Shown here in pieces: positions 12,753 through 23,201 of a stretch of DNA of 64,000 bases. The position numbers and the translations under genes were made by a program. Each line of letters begins with the position of its first letter. Position 1 is the first letter of the stretch. This DNA comes from an uncultured Clostridiaceae bacterium (GTDB lineage: Bacteria > Bacillota > Clostridia > TANB77 > CAG-508): positions 972 to 64,971 of the forward strand of contig CAKNOI010000003.1 in assembly GCA_930990125.1 (NCBI GenBank), written 5' to 3'. The notes beneath the pieces were generated by a model, which ran no database searches, had not been told where the DNA came from, and was given only the letters and a program-made list of their open reading frames with translations.

Positions 12753-13367
12753 ATGTTAAAAAATTGTATACAAATTCATTTAAAAAAAGACGAAATAGAA
12801 ATAAAAATACAAGAAGATGCATCCCATGAAGACATCATGCAGGAACTAGAAAAAAAGATAAACGAACTAAAAAAATTATATCAAGAAGATACAACACCTA
12901 TTTTTGTTACAGGGAAAATATTAAAAAACACAGAAATGGATGAAATTCAAGAACTAATTCATAAACATATACCAGTAAAATTAAACTTTGAAAGTCCAAA
13001 AACATTGGGATTACACGGTATCAAAAAAACATATCATAAACCAATAGAAATTTCAGAAACCAAATACTATAAAGGTTCTTTACGCTCTGGTCAAAAAGTA
13101 GAATTTGACGGAAGTCTAATCATACTAGGAGATGTCAATGCAGGAGCAGAAATTATAGCAACAGGAAACATTGTAGTATTAGGAATTTTAAGAGGATTAG
13201 CCCACGCAGGAGCCAAAGGAAACGAAGAAGCAATGATAGCCGCATCCCTCATCGACACTACCCAACTACGCATCGCCAACATCATAAAAGAAATAGAAAA
13301 AGACGAAGAAGGCAAAAGAGGCGTGCACTATGCATACGTACAAGAAGGAGAAATACAGTTTGAATAA
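12753..13367 (+). CDS. minC: Septum site-determining protein MinC
   Basis: C-terminal beta-helix region GDVNAGAEIIATGNIVVLG..RG...AG; no minD/minE follow it. Confidence 0.8.
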   Translation: MLKNCIQIHLKKDEIEIKIQEDASHEDIMQELEKKINELKKLYQEDTTPIFVTGKILKNTEMDEIQELIHKHIPVKLNFESPKTLGLHGIKKTYHKPIEISETKYYKGSLRSGQKVEFDGSLIILGDVNAGAEIIATGNIVVLGILRGLAHAGAKGNEEAMIAASLIDTTQLRIANIIKEIEKDEEGKRGVHYAYVQEGEIQFE

Positions 13368-13445
13368 AGTTTGACATTTTATCAAAATTGCGATAAAATG
13401 TAAATAGATATGAAGGGTTAGACAAAAGAAAAAGGGGGAGTGTAT

Positions 13446-14117
13446 ATGAAAGAGAAAAAAATTAAAATATGGAAAATAGTGTTAGGTGTTATAGTACTCA
13501 TATTCTTTTTATTTGTAATTTTTCTAACAAGAAAAATGATAATTCTATCTTCTCTAGAAAATAAATTAGCGGGATACCAAGAAAAAAATAATATCTATGT
13601 AAAAACAGAAATTACAGATTCAGAGAATAATACAACTTTTGAAAAATATTATAAAGATGGAATAGAAAAAGATGTGTTAAGTATTCCAAACAGAGAAGAA
13701 AAAATAACACAATATCTTTATGATAACGAAAGAAAATTATACGTAGAAAAGGGAGACAAAAAGACAGTAACAACAACAGAAAAGCCAGAAGAAATTGTAG
13801 CGTCAGTACTAGTTAGCTATACATCTTATGAAAATTTTTGGCAGTTATTATTTAATAGCATAACCTCTAGTATTACAACGGCTCAATTAGATGGCAAAGA
13901 ATGTTATGTAATAAGTAGTAGTTATAATCTAAACTTTATCTATGAAGGAGACTCTGACACTGTAAAAGTATATATTGATAAAGAAACAGGTCTAGCACTT
14001 AAATGCGAAGAGGTAAACAATAATAGAATAACAAAATATCAATACTCTTTTGATACGGTACAAGATGAAGACTTAAAAGAACCAGATATGGAACAATATA
14101 CTAAGGAAAATGTATAA
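13446..14117 (+). CDS. Hypothetical N-terminally membrane-anchored protein
   Basis: RBS GGGGGAG; single N-terminal TM; followed by an intrinsic terminator. Confidence 0.5.
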   Translation: MKEKKIKIWKIVLGVIVLIFFLFVIFLTRKMIILSSLENKLAGYQEKNNIYVKTEITDSENNTTFEKYYKDGIEKDVLSIPNREEKITQYLYDNERKLYVEKGDKKTVTTTEKPEEIVASVLVSYTSYENFWQLLFNSITSSITTAQLDGKECYVISSSYNLNFIYEGDSDTVKVYIDKETGLALKCEEVNNNRITKYQYSFDTVQDEDLKEPDMEQYTKENV

Positions 14118-14122
14118 AAATA

Positions 14123-14160
14123 AAAACACTAGAAATATTAACTTCTAGTGTTTTTATTTT
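14123..14160 (+). terminator. Rho-independent terminator (AAAACACTAGAA...TTCTAGTGTTTT + T-run)
   Basis: Perfect 12-bp stem followed by a T-tract. Confidence 0.7.
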
Positions 14161-14193
14161 GACATACAAGTAATAAAATACCACAAATTTTCT

Positions 14194-14523
14194 CTAATTC
14201 ATCAAAAGCAATATCAGAACCAAAAACAAAGAAGTATCTTTTACACCTTCTTGATACAAGAAAAAGATTAAACAAAGAAGTAAAATATCGTCAAAATGCA
14301 AAGTGAGTCCAAAAATATCTAAAAAAAAGCCTTCTTGAGAACTAGGAGTGGTTGATTTTTTTTCCTTATCATTATTTCCTTGTTTTTTATTTTCTGCATA
14401 TTTTTTAGAAGAACTTGTAGTATTTTGCTTGCTTGGTTGCTTATTCCTACTAGGAGAAAAACCACTTGGGGGATACGGATAACGATATCTAGGGGTAAAA
14501 AAAGGTGGATACGGAAACATCAT
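14194..14523 (-). CDS. Hypothetical Pro/Tyr-rich protein with a hydrophobic C-terminus (possible coat/envelope protein)
   Basis: Start overlaps the stop of the upstream gene (translational coupling); N-terminal PYPP repeats. Confidence 0.35.
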   Translation of the reverse strand: MMFPYPPFFTPRYRYPYPPSGFSPSRNKQPSKQNTTSSSKKYAENKKQGNNDKEKKSTTPSSQEGFFLDIFGLTLHFDDILLLCLIFFLYQEGVKDTSLFLVLILLLMN

Positions 14524-14972
14524 TTTTTCTTTTCACCACCTAAAGGACCTAAAACCTCTAACATTTTTTCCATTTTTAAAAACTGAACATATTGGTCTAC
14601 CTTGTGTTTTCTGCTTTCTTTTAAATAAGGTTTTAAAGAAAGCAGTAAATTGGCTCTTGGGTCATCTCCGCTAGAATTCATTTTTTCCATAATGTTTTTT
14701 AATTTTAAAATGGTTTCAAAATCTAACGAAAAACCATTATCTGAGCCACTGTTTTTTTCATCCTGCTTTTTTTCTGAGTTTAAAAAAGTTTGAAACAGAT
14801 TTGCCATTTCTGGAGGAATTGTATTCGAAGAATTTTCCGTAGTACCCGAATTTTTTTGTTTGTCAGAAGGATTTGTTAAATTTTCTAGTATTCCCTTAAC
14901 ATCCTCTGGAATTTCTTTTCCATTTAACATACTACTTAAGTTTTTCATTAAATCAGACATATCTTCTGCCAT
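14520..14972 (-). CDS. Hypothetical acidic protein (150 aa)
   Basis: RBS AGGAGG 9 nt upstream on the minus strand; middle gene of a 3-gene minus-strand operon. Confidence 0.5.
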   Translation of the reverse strand: MAEDMSDLMKNLSSMLNGKEIPEDVKGILENLTNPSDKQKNSGTTENSSNTIPPEMANLFQTFLNSEKKQDEKNSGSDNGFSLDFETILKLKNIMEKMNSSGDDPRANLLLSLKPYLKESRKHKVDQYVQFLKMEKMLEVLGPLGGEKKK

Positions 14973-14990
14973 ACAAAATCCTCCTTTCTA

Positions 14991-15167
14991 TTAATGATTT
15001 TTCTTGTTATCTAAAGCATTTTTCAGTTCCCCTACAATTTTATCTTTATCTTTAGAATTTAAAATAGCATTTGCCTGCTCTAAACCTTGTTTTAATTTAT
15101 CTTTGTCCATAGTAGCAAGCATAGACATGAGTTTTGCCATATCCATGTTATTTGGGGTATTGTTCAT
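14991..15167 (-). CDS. Unlisted small ORF, 58 aa (MNNTPNNMDMAKLMSML...), first gene of the minus-strand operon
   Basis: Perfect AGGAGG RBS 7 nt upstream of the ATG; lies below the 60-aa ORF-track cutoff. Confidence 0.45.
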   Translation of the reverse strand: MNNTPNNMDMAKLMSMLATMDKDKLKQGLEQANAILNSKDKDKIVGELKNALDNKKNH

Positions 15168-15457
15168 AAACGAATCCTCCTTTTTAATAGATAATAAATA
15201 ACTTTATTATTACTATATGAAAAAAAGCAAAAAAAGTTCCTAAAAATAAGGATTGTTTTTCGGGTTAGTATTGTAATTTTCCCTATTTTACGATAAAATA
15301 AGGAATACAAAAGAGAAAAGTAAAAAGAAAAGTAAAAAAATATATCACAAAAAGTAAAAAACTTTTTCTTTACGGCTCCTTGGATTCTACAAAAAATTTA
15401 AAAAGCATGTATTACAATAGGAACATAGCAAAAGAAAAAGTTTATGAGGTGGTAAGG

Positions 15458-17944
15458 ATGTTTCAAAATATAGCAAATGAATTTCAAGAGAATTTCAAAG
15501 AGGATGTTGAACCAAAAGGGAAAAAGAAAAAAGAATGGAAAAAAGAGTACCTAAAAAAAATGTTTTCTATTCCCAATATTATTTTATATGTTATATCATT
15601 TATGATTTCAACAGTAGGATTTGGAGAATTTAATCCTTTTGGACTAAGTATACTTGCAGCTCTATGTAGCAATGGCTTTCCTATTGGACCTATTTACATT
15701 ATTGCAGGAATAGGAACATTAGTAGGTTTTGGAGCCAGTCGTTTTTTAGAATACTTAGTAACAGGATTATTTTTCTTTGTACTACAATTAATAATAAGAC
15801 CTAAAATTAGTAAACAAGATGTGAACGAAAAAAGACAGGTAGGATTACATATCGTTTTAGCAACTTTTTTCGTGCAAATGGTACAAATGCTATGGAAAGA
15901 CTTTTTACTATATGATGGAATGGTAGCCATTTTAAGCTGTATCTTAGTGTATTTGTTTTATAAAATATTTACGAACTCCATTTCTGTTATCAAAGATTAT
16001 CCTGTAAAAAAAGCCTTTTCCATTGAAGAAGTAATGGGAGCAAGTTTACTACTAGCTATTAGTGCAGCAAGTTTACGCGAGTTTTCTATTTTGGGATATA
16101 GTATTCGTAACATTCTTAGCATTTTGTTAGTTTTAATATTAGGATTTAAAAATGGTATCTTAGTAGGAGCAACAGGCGGAATTACCATAGGAGTAGTACT
16201 TGGCATCATTGGAAACAATGAACCTATTGTAGTTGCATCCTACGCAATATCAGGAATGATAGCAGGAATTTTTAACAAATTAGGAAAAATAGGAGTTATT
16301 GTAGGATTTATTCTAGGAAATATTGTATTAACTTATGTAGCAAATGGTGCTACTGTTCCTGTTATTGTATTTCAAGAAATTCTAATTGCTTCTTTAGGGC
16401 TACTAGCTGTACCTAAAAATGCAATTATAGATATAGAAGACTTATTTGGAAAAACAAAATTATTAGCATCAGGACCGGAAAAAACGTTAGAACAAAACCA
16501 AAATACAATATATAAATTAAACAATATGTCAGAAGCAATTTCTGAAATGGCAAAAACCTATTCAGAAGTTGCGGCAACAGCAGTAGAGGAAATCACACCA
16601 GAAGAAGTAAACGAGAAAGAAAAAAATACCTTTATTCAAGAATTAAGAGAAAACATACAAGGCTTAGAAGATAATATTGTTTATGACGATATTGCCTATG
16701 AAGAAAACGGCATAGTTTCTGATATATACCATTACGTAAAAACAAATGGCGAAATGCAAGAACAAGATTTAATATCTATTTTTGAGAAACATAATAATTA
16801 TATTGTGGGATTTGAAAATAACACGGTTAACCAGAAAATACTAGCAGATGTTACCCAAATGGTAAAGGCGATTAATTATACCTATAAAATTAGTAAAATA
16901 AATTTTGTATGGAAAAAAAAGATGGAAGACAGTAAAAACAATATGGCAGCACAATTAGAAGGTGTTTCCAAAGCAATAGAAAACTTAGCCGAAGAAATAA
17001 CACCAAGAGAGAAATATGCTAAAAAGAAAGAGGAAATAACACTTCTATTACAACAAAAAGGCATTTTGGTACAAGATATATCTTTCCAAAAAGAAGAAAA
17101 CGGCAAAACGACCATAGAGTTATACACAAATTCTTGTGAAGATGTGGAAAACGGAAGCTGTAGTGCCACGAAAATAGGAAAACTATTAAGCAAAATAGCA
17201 GGAGAAAAACTAGTTTTAAAAATGCAAAAATGTGCCATCAAAACAGAAGAGGACACTTGTAAATTTACCTTTGCCTCTGAAGATAAATTTACCGTACAAA
17301 TAGGAATAGCAAAAGCAACCAAAACAAGGTCCGATATATCAGGAGATTCAAGTTTGCAAACAAAATTAGAAGATGGTAAATACCTAGTAGCAATTAGTGA
17401 TGGAATGGGTTCTGGAAAAGAAGCTAAAAAAAGTAGTAGTATTGCTATCAAAATGCTAGAAAAAATGCTAACCTCTGGATTTGATAGAGACAACTCTATT
17501 CACATGATTAATTCTATTTTAAAAGCAAATACAGAAGAAGACATGTATGCTACATTGGATATTGCGGTATTAGACCTATATCTTGGAAATATCGAATTTA
17601 TTAAAAATGGAGCCTGTCCAACCTATTTAAAAACTGGAAAAAATGTGCAACTAATTAAATCACTATCTCTACCAACAGGAATCTTAGAAAATATAGACCT
17701 AAGTGTATATGATAAAGATATTCAAGATGGAGATATACTAGTAATGTGTAGTGACGGTATTATTGAATCCAATGGAGAATATGCAAACAAAGAATTATGG
17801 GTAAAATACCTGTTAGAGGACATACAAACAGAGCAAGCACAAAAAATAGCAGACATTATATTAGGAGAAGCTATTGATAACAATTATGGAATGGCAAAAG
17901 ATGATATGACAGTTATTGTAATGCGACTTACCAAAAACAACTAA
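15458..17944 (+). CDS. spoIIE: Stage II sporulation protein E (SpoIIE, PP2C phosphatase); ORF opens at TTG 15380 but ATG 15458 has a GAGGTGG RBS
   Basis: Ten-TM N-terminal domain, central regulatory region, C-terminal PP2C domain (AISDGMGSG, DG..E motifs). Confidence 0.85.
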   Translation: MFQNIANEFQENFKEDVEPKGKKKKEWKKEYLKKMFSIPNIILYVISFMISTVGFGEFNPFGLSILAALCSNGFPIGPIYIIAGIGTLVGFGASRFLEYLVTGLFFFVLQLIIRPKISKQDVNEKRQVGLHIVLATFFVQMVQMLWKDFLLYDGMVAILSCILVYLFYKIFTNSISVIKDYPVKKAFSIEEVMGASLLLAISAASLREFSILGYSIRNILSILLVLILGFKNGILVGATGGITIGVVLGIIGNNEPIVVASYAISGMIAGIFNKLGKIGVIVGFILGNIVLTYVANGATVPVIVFQEILIASLGLLAVPKNAIIDIEDLFGKTKLLASGPEKTLEQNQNTIYKLNNMSEAISEMAKTYSEVAATAVEEITPEEVNEKEKNTFIQELRENIQGLEDNIVYDDIAYEENGIVSDIYHYVKTNGEMQEQDLISIFEKHNNYIVGFENNTVNQKILADVTQMVKAINYTYKISKINFVWKKKMEDSKNNMAAQLEGVSKAIENLAEEITPREKYAKKKEEITLLLQQKGILVQDISFQKEENGKTTIELYTNSCEDVENGSCSATKIGKLLSKIAGEKLVLKMQKCAIKTEEDTCKFTFASEDKFTVQIGIAKATKTRSDISGDSSLQTKLEDGKYLVAISDGMGSGKEAKKSSSIAIKMLEKMLTSGFDRDNSIHMINSILKANTEEDMYATLDIAVLDLYLGNIEFIKNGACPTYLKTGKNVQLIKSLSLPTGILENIDLSVYDKDIQDGDILVMCSDGIIESNGEYANKELWVKYLLEDIQTEQAQKIADIILGEAIDNNYGMAKDDMTVIVMRLTKNN

Positions 17945-18002
17945 AAAATACCGTAAATAGTGTAAAATACTTAAAAGTGTTACACCTATTTACGGTATTT
18001 TT
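17944..18002. terminator. Bidirectional intrinsic terminator (AAAAATACCGTAAATAG ... CTATTTACGGTATTTTT)
   Basis: Long perfect inverted repeat between convergent genes, A-run before and T-run after. Confidence 0.75.
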
Positions 18003-18011
18003 GGTTCTTCT

Positions 18012-18740
18012 TTATCTTTTTAAATAAATAATAGCATGTAATGCTGTCAAATCAGTAGATTTAATTGTGACAATATAAAAATCATCACTTTCCTTTTTTA
18101 CGAGTACAGCATAATCTTCGCCTAATACGGTAGAATTTTTATACATAATTTCTATACCACTAAAATCGTTAGGAAAAATAGTTTCTTCTGGCAATACTTC
18201 ATAAGCAAATTTCAAATAAGAAATGTTATTTACATGATGGTTGGTATCAATATCACGTCTAAAAACAGGAAAATCCTTACGGAAATCGTAAGAGTCCGGT
18301 TCTTTTAGTTTTTCTTCTATAGAAGGAAAAACGGAGACTTGTTCTAAGCTATACAGATCTATAAAACGTTCTAAATTTCTTTCCATACGATTGGTACGGA
18401 TATTAAATAAAATCCACTTAGAAGTAGCCTGTGCAAGTAACTGATGATTTTCATCATATACCTCAAAATCACGAAATGTATGAATTTTTTCTACTCTACT
18501 ACACCATGTTTTTACAGAAATAGTGCTATTCCAAGCAGGTCTTGCAAATACTTCAAGTTTCCAATTTATTAAAATCCAAGTAAAACCAGTATTAGCAGTA
18601 TCATGAAAGCCCATATGAACAGCATCAGAGTGGAGAGCTCCTGCCTCTTGTAAATACTTAAGTATAGCACTATTGGTAAAATTACCATTAGCATCAAAAT
18701 CTGTTAATTCTGTACGAAATGTATAATTCATAAAAGCCAT
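18012..18740 (-). CDS. Acyl-ACP thioesterase (FatA/B-like)
   Basis: Double hot-dog fold; DTNHHVNN motif; ~242 aa. Confidence 0.75.
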   Translation of the reverse strand: MAFMNYTFRTELTDFDANGNFTNSAILKYLQEAGALHSDAVHMGFHDTANTGFTWILINWKLEVFARPAWNSTISVKTWCSRVEKIHTFRDFEVYDENHQLLAQATSKWILFNIRTNRMERNLERFIDLYSLEQVSVFPSIEEKLKEPDSYDFRKDFPVFRRDIDTNHHVNNISYLKFAYEVLPEETIFPNDFSGIEIMYKNSTVLGEDYAVLVKKESDDFYIVTIKSTDLTALHAIIYLKR

Positions 18741-18895
18741 ATTTTTAACCTTCTTTCTCTAACTATGTAGTTTACTATAATTTTTGAGGTTTGTAAAGTA
18801 AAAAATTGGAATTCATAAATTAAGCCAAGCATCTTGTAATTTAGTAGTAAAATATGGTATAGTAAGTAGGAATAGAAAACCACTGGGAGGTAAAA

Positions 18896-20416
18896 ATGAG
18901 TAGAGGAAAAAGATATGATGGGGAGAAAAAACTAAACCTAAAAAAAGTTTTTGCAGTTATATTAGTTTTCATAGTTCTCATTATGTTTGTTATTGTCATC
19001 CAAAAATTATTAACAGCAAAACCAGCAGCCACTTCTGACAAAGTTTCAGAGCTTAATTATTATGCTGTGTACACAAAAGATAAATGGGGTGTAATTGATG
19101 GAAGCGGAAAAACCATCATAGAACCAACTTACGAAGAAATGATTGTGATTCCAGATAGTACAAAACCAGTCTTTTTATGCACAGAACAAGTAGACTATCA
19201 AGCAGGAACCTACCATACTAAAGTATTAAATGAAAAAAATGAAGAAATTATAAACGGATACGACCAAGTAGAAAGTATTCAAAATTACGATGCAAGTAAT
19301 AACATGTGGTACGAAAAAAACGTGCTACGTGTCAAAAAAGGAGATAAATACGGACTAGTTGATTTTACCGGAAAAACTCTTCTTGCCTACGAATACGATT
19401 TTATAGAAGCACTAAAAGGAACATCCAATAGTTTACTAACACAAAAGGATGGAAAATATGGATTAGTAGATAATACTGGAAAGGTAATTATACCAAATGA
19501 ATACAAGCAAATACTAGCCATAAGCGATAAATATGAAAATGGCTATATTGTAGTAAATGATGAAAACAAATATGGTATTATTGGATATAACACTAAAACA
19601 GTAATAGAACCACGATATGACGAAATTAAACCAATCTATGGAAATAATTTATATGTAGTAAAAGAAGGAGATACTTGGAAAATTGCAAATGCAGAAAATC
19701 CATTATTTGATTTAGGACAAAACGAAGTACAAGAAATAAACAGCGGAAATATCATTATTTCTAATACAGACGGATATGGTATTATCAATTCCTCAGGAGA
19801 AGAAGTAATTCCAGCAACATATCAAGACTTAAGCTACGCATTTGGAGAATACTATATTGCAAAAAAAGACGATAAATATGGAATAATCAACCTAAAAAAA
19901 GAAACCAAAGTAGACTTTACTTATACTAGTCTAGTATATCGTAAAGACGAAGACTTCTTAGAAGGATCTAAAGATGATATAACATCAGATTTATTAAACC
20001 ATGACTTTGAAATAAAAGTAACAGGTATTTTATCTGAGGTAAACACAGAAAGAGGATATTTAAAAGTACGAGTAGGAGACGAATACCAATACTATAACTT
20101 CAAATTTGAACCAAAACAAAGTACAGAAGTTTATCCAGAAAACACATTATTCCTAAGCAAAAAAGACGGGAAATATGGCTATGTAGATAAAAATGGAGTT
20201 GTAGTAGTAAACTATATTTACGAAGATGCCATGGAACAAAACAAATACGGCTTTGCTGCAGTAAAAAAAGACGGAAAATGGGGAGCAATTGACAAAGAAG
20301 GAAAAGAAGTAGCACCACTTACCCACTCCATGGAAAACAATCTCATCATAGACTTTATTGGAAAATACCATTTAGCAGAAGACATTAACGCAAATTATTA
20401 TACCGATGCGGAATAA
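18896..20416 (+). CDS. Membrane-anchored WG-repeat (KWG-type) protein
   Basis: Repeated (K)YG(L/I)(V/I)D..GK..I.P.Y units about 10 times; N-terminal TM. Confidence 0.7.
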   Translation: MSRGKRYDGEKKLNLKKVFAVILVFIVLIMFVIVIQKLLTAKPAATSDKVSELNYYAVYTKDKWGVIDGSGKTIIEPTYEEMIVIPDSTKPVFLCTEQVDYQAGTYHTKVLNEKNEEIINGYDQVESIQNYDASNNMWYEKNVLRVKKGDKYGLVDFTGKTLLAYEYDFIEALKGTSNSLLTQKDGKYGLVDNTGKVIIPNEYKQILAISDKYENGYIVVNDENKYGIIGYNTKTVIEPRYDEIKPIYGNNLYVVKEGDTWKIANAENPLFDLGQNEVQEINSGNIIISNTDGYGIINSSGEEVIPATYQDLSYAFGEYYIAKKDDKYGIINLKKETKVDFTYTSLVYRKDEDFLEGSKDDITSDLLNHDFEIKVTGILSEVNTERGYLKVRVGDEYQYYNFKFEPKQSTEVYPENTLFLSKKDGKYGYVDKNGVVVVNYIYEDAMEQNKYGFAAVKKDGKWGAIDKEGKEVAPLTHSMENNLIIDFIGKYHLAEDINANYYTDAE

Positions 20417-20579
20417 AAAATAGAAAAAATAGGAACCAATGTAGGGTTCTTATTTTTTAAATTAGATGAGGAAATATAGTAAAATTGTACATATATTTCC
20501 TGTGCAATAAGATTGACAAAACCAAGAAAAACGACTTTAATAATATTAAATATTAAAATGGTCGAAAGAAGGCAAAAAG

Positions 20580-20711
20580 ATGAAATATATAAAAAGACAT
20601 GCCGAAGAAGTAATACAAAAAGAAGAAAAAATGTTTAAAGCTAGAAAAATTTTATCAGAACTATTGGCAGAAAAAAAGATACGTGATACAATACAAAAAG
20701 AAAAACAATAG
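20580..20711 (+). CDS. Possible small charged helical protein, 43 aa
   Basis: GAAGG RBS 8 nt upstream; no recognisable homology. Confidence 0.25.
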   Translation: MKYIKRHAEEVIQKEEKMFKARKILSELLAEKKIRDTIQKEKQ

Positions 20712-20729
20712 AAAAAAGAGGAATGAAAC

Positions 20730-21965
20730 ATGGAACTAAAGATTAGGTATCAATATACGAACTTTGTTTATCCCTATGTAATACAAGGAAAAAGTATTAC
20801 TGGGTATTTAGAAAAACTATTAACTAACCCAAAGTGTAAAATTCGTTTTTTTGAAAAAGAAAAAGATTATGAGCTGTATTCGTATTTTCTTCCTGTGGTA
20901 AGAGAATACCTTTTTTGGACTTTTTCTTTTAACAGCAGTAAAAGAAAAGAGTTTGAAGCACTAGATAATAAAATGAAAGCCGTTATTTTAGCAAAACATC
21001 CTTGCACGATTTTTGAATATGAAGTTGGAAATAAAATGCAAGGAAAATTAGGAGAAAAAAATGGCATTTTCTTTCATATACAAAAAATAGAAATTATCTG
21101 TTTCTCTACAGGAATTTGCTTTTTAACCTTCAAAACCAATGTAGAAGAAACAAGCGACTTTGCCGATGTTCTTAATTTTAACTATAAATTTCGAGATATT
21201 CACTCCGAGCTTACGGCACTAAAAGAATATGAAAATATCAATATTCAAACGGATGCTTTTCAAGACAGAAAAGAACTGCAAGAATTTATTTACGATATTT
21301 GCGGAGAAAATAAAAGTGCAAAAGATTTAAACATAGATGTAGATAGATTTTTAACCTATACCTATACTTGTCTAGAACCAGAAAATTGGAACGAAAAAAA
21401 TAACTTTGAAGAAATACGTTATCCTTTCTTAAAATATACTCATGTACTGCCAAACCAGTACCAAACCGATTTTAACGTAGCAAGCATGCAAAGAAATTAT
21501 CAAGAATTGGATTCTTTTAAGTATCTAAGGATTGGTTTTACCAAAGTGGGAACGGCTCTGCTTACTTCTGCAATGGATACAAACAATTACACGAAATTGC
21601 CATTTGCCTATGAAAATGAGTATTTCTACACCTATATCTTGCTATTATACAAAAAATTATATTTAAAAAAATTAAATTTAGATTTTCAAACAGAAAAATG
21701 GATAGAAAGGCCAAGACAAAACTTTGTATCCTTTACACAAGAAATCTGGATTCAAGAGATTACCAATGATGAATTTGGCTCTAGCATGCAAAAAAAATGG
21801 GAGGATGTGTTAGAACTAGAAAATCATTACAAAGAAGTAAAAAATAAATATGATATTGTCTATAAAGATTCCAATGTAAACAAGACAAGTAAGACAAATA
21901 TTATTGTAACGATAGTTCTTCTCTTATTACTTATTTTAAATATTATTCATTTCCTAGGATTATAA
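20730..21965 (+). CDS. Hypothetical protein with a C-terminal TM tail anchor
   Basis: RBS AGAGGAA; 411 aa with no recognisable domain. Confidence 0.5.
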   Translation: MELKIRYQYTNFVYPYVIQGKSITGYLEKLLTNPKCKIRFFEKEKDYELYSYFLPVVREYLFWTFSFNSSKRKEFEALDNKMKAVILAKHPCTIFEYEVGNKMQGKLGEKNGIFFHIQKIEIICFSTGICFLTFKTNVEETSDFADVLNFNYKFRDIHSELTALKEYENINIQTDAFQDRKELQEFIYDICGENKSAKDLNIDVDRFLTYTYTCLEPENWNEKNNFEEIRYPFLKYTHVLPNQYQTDFNVASMQRNYQELDSFKYLRIGFTKVGTALLTSAMDTNNYTKLPFAYENEYFYTYILLLYKKLYLKKLNLDFQTEKWIERPRQNFVSFTQEIWIQEITNDEFGSSMQKKWEDVLELENHYKEVKNKYDIVYKDSNVNKTSKTNIIVTIVLLLLLILNIIHFLGL

Positions 21966-21981
21966 TAGGGAGGAAAGAAAA

Positions 21982-22356
21982 ATGAAAATTTTTTGTGGTA
22001 CCGATATTATTGAAGTAGAAAGAATACAAGAAGCTATAGAAGGAGAAAAAGAAAAATTTCTAGAACGTGTTTTTACAGCATCAGAAATAGAATATTGTGA
22101 AAAAAAGAAGGCAGTAAAATATCAGCACTATGCAGGAAGATTTGCAGCAAAAGAAGCGGTTTTTAAAGCAATTTCGCCATGCCTTGAACATAAATATGAT
22201 ATTAGCTGGAAAAACATTGAAATAAAAAATGATTCTGAAGGAAGACCTTTTGTTAACTTAATAGGAACTTTTGCTCAAAACATAGAGAGTATTGATGTTA
22301 GTATTTCTCATGTTAAACAAATGGCAACAGCAAGTTGTATTATTTGCGTAAAATAG
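21982..22356 (+). CDS. acpS: Holo-[acyl-carrier-protein] synthase
   Basis: GTDIIEVERI N-terminus, ~124 aa; RBS GGGAGGAAAG. Confidence 0.85.
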   Translation: MKIFCGTDIIEVERIQEAIEGEKEKFLERVFTASEIEYCEKKKAVKYQHYAGRFAAKEAVFKAISPCLEHKYDISWKNIEIKNDSEGRPFVNLIGTFAQNIESIDVSISHVKQMATASCIICVK

Positions 22357-22364
22357 GAGGAAGT

Positions 22365-23138
22365 ATGGAATTTTTTGATTCACACTCACACTATAATGAT
22401 GAAAAATTTGACCAAGATAGAGAAGCAATTATTGAGGAAACCTATCAAGCAGGAATTACTAAATGGATTTGTGCAGGTTACAATATTTCTTCTTCCCAAA
22501 AAGCAGTAGAGCTTGCAACAAACTATCCTTTTATTTATGCTATTGCAGGAATATCTCCCAATGATATTACCCAAAAAGAAAAGATAGAAAAAGAAATAGA
22601 AAAAATAGAGGAAATAGCAAAACATCCTAAAGTAGTAGCCATTGGAGAAATAGGACTAGACTATTACTGGAACAAAGACAATAAAGATTTGCAAAAAGAA
22701 TATTTTCGTAAACAAATAGAGCTAGCAAATAAAATGGACCTGCCAATTGTTATTCATTCCCGAGATGCTTCCATAGACACCATAGCCATGTTAAAAGAAA
22801 ATCCTCCAAAGAAAAAAGGAGTTCTTCATTGTGTACAACTAAACCAAGAATTAATTAAACAAGCGATAAACTTGGGATTTTACCTATCCTTTGCAGGACC
22901 AATTACTTTTAAAAATGCAAAAAATGTATCAGAAATACTAAAACTAGTTCCACTAGAAAAGATACTAATTGAAACGGATAGCCCATATCTTACACCAGAG
23001 CCCAATAGAGGTAAACGAAATGATAGTAGAAATGTAATCTATGTGGCACAAAAAATTGCAGAGGTAAAACAAAAAAGTTTAGAAGAAATCGCTACAAGCA
23101 CTTACCAGAACGCAAAGAAAATATTTGCAATAAAATAG
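22365..23138 (+). CDS. tatD: TatD-family metal-dependent DNase/hydrolase
   Basis: FDSHSH(Y) N-terminal motif and TIM-barrel hydrolase layout; RBS AGGAGG before ATG 22365. Confidence 0.85.
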   Translation: MEFFDSHSHYNDEKFDQDREAIIEETYQAGITKWICAGYNISSSQKAVELATNYPFIYAIAGISPNDITQKEKIEKEIEKIEEIAKHPKVVAIGEIGLDYYWNKDNKDLQKEYFRKQIELANKMDLPIVIHSRDASIDTIAMLKENPPKKKGVLHCVQLNQELIKQAINLGFYLSFAGPITFKNAKNVSEILKLVPLEKILIETDSPYLTPEPNRGKRNDSRNVIYVAQKIAEVKQKSLEEIATSTYQNAKKIFAIK

Positions 23139-23201
23139 TCATATTTTTAGTACAAGCCGAATATACATATATAAAGAGCTTCGGGGCATTTAGAGCAAAA
23201 T

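Noticed and set aside
16882-17493. 203-aa minus-strand ORF
   Set aside because: It is fully inside spoIIE on the opposite strand and has no RBS
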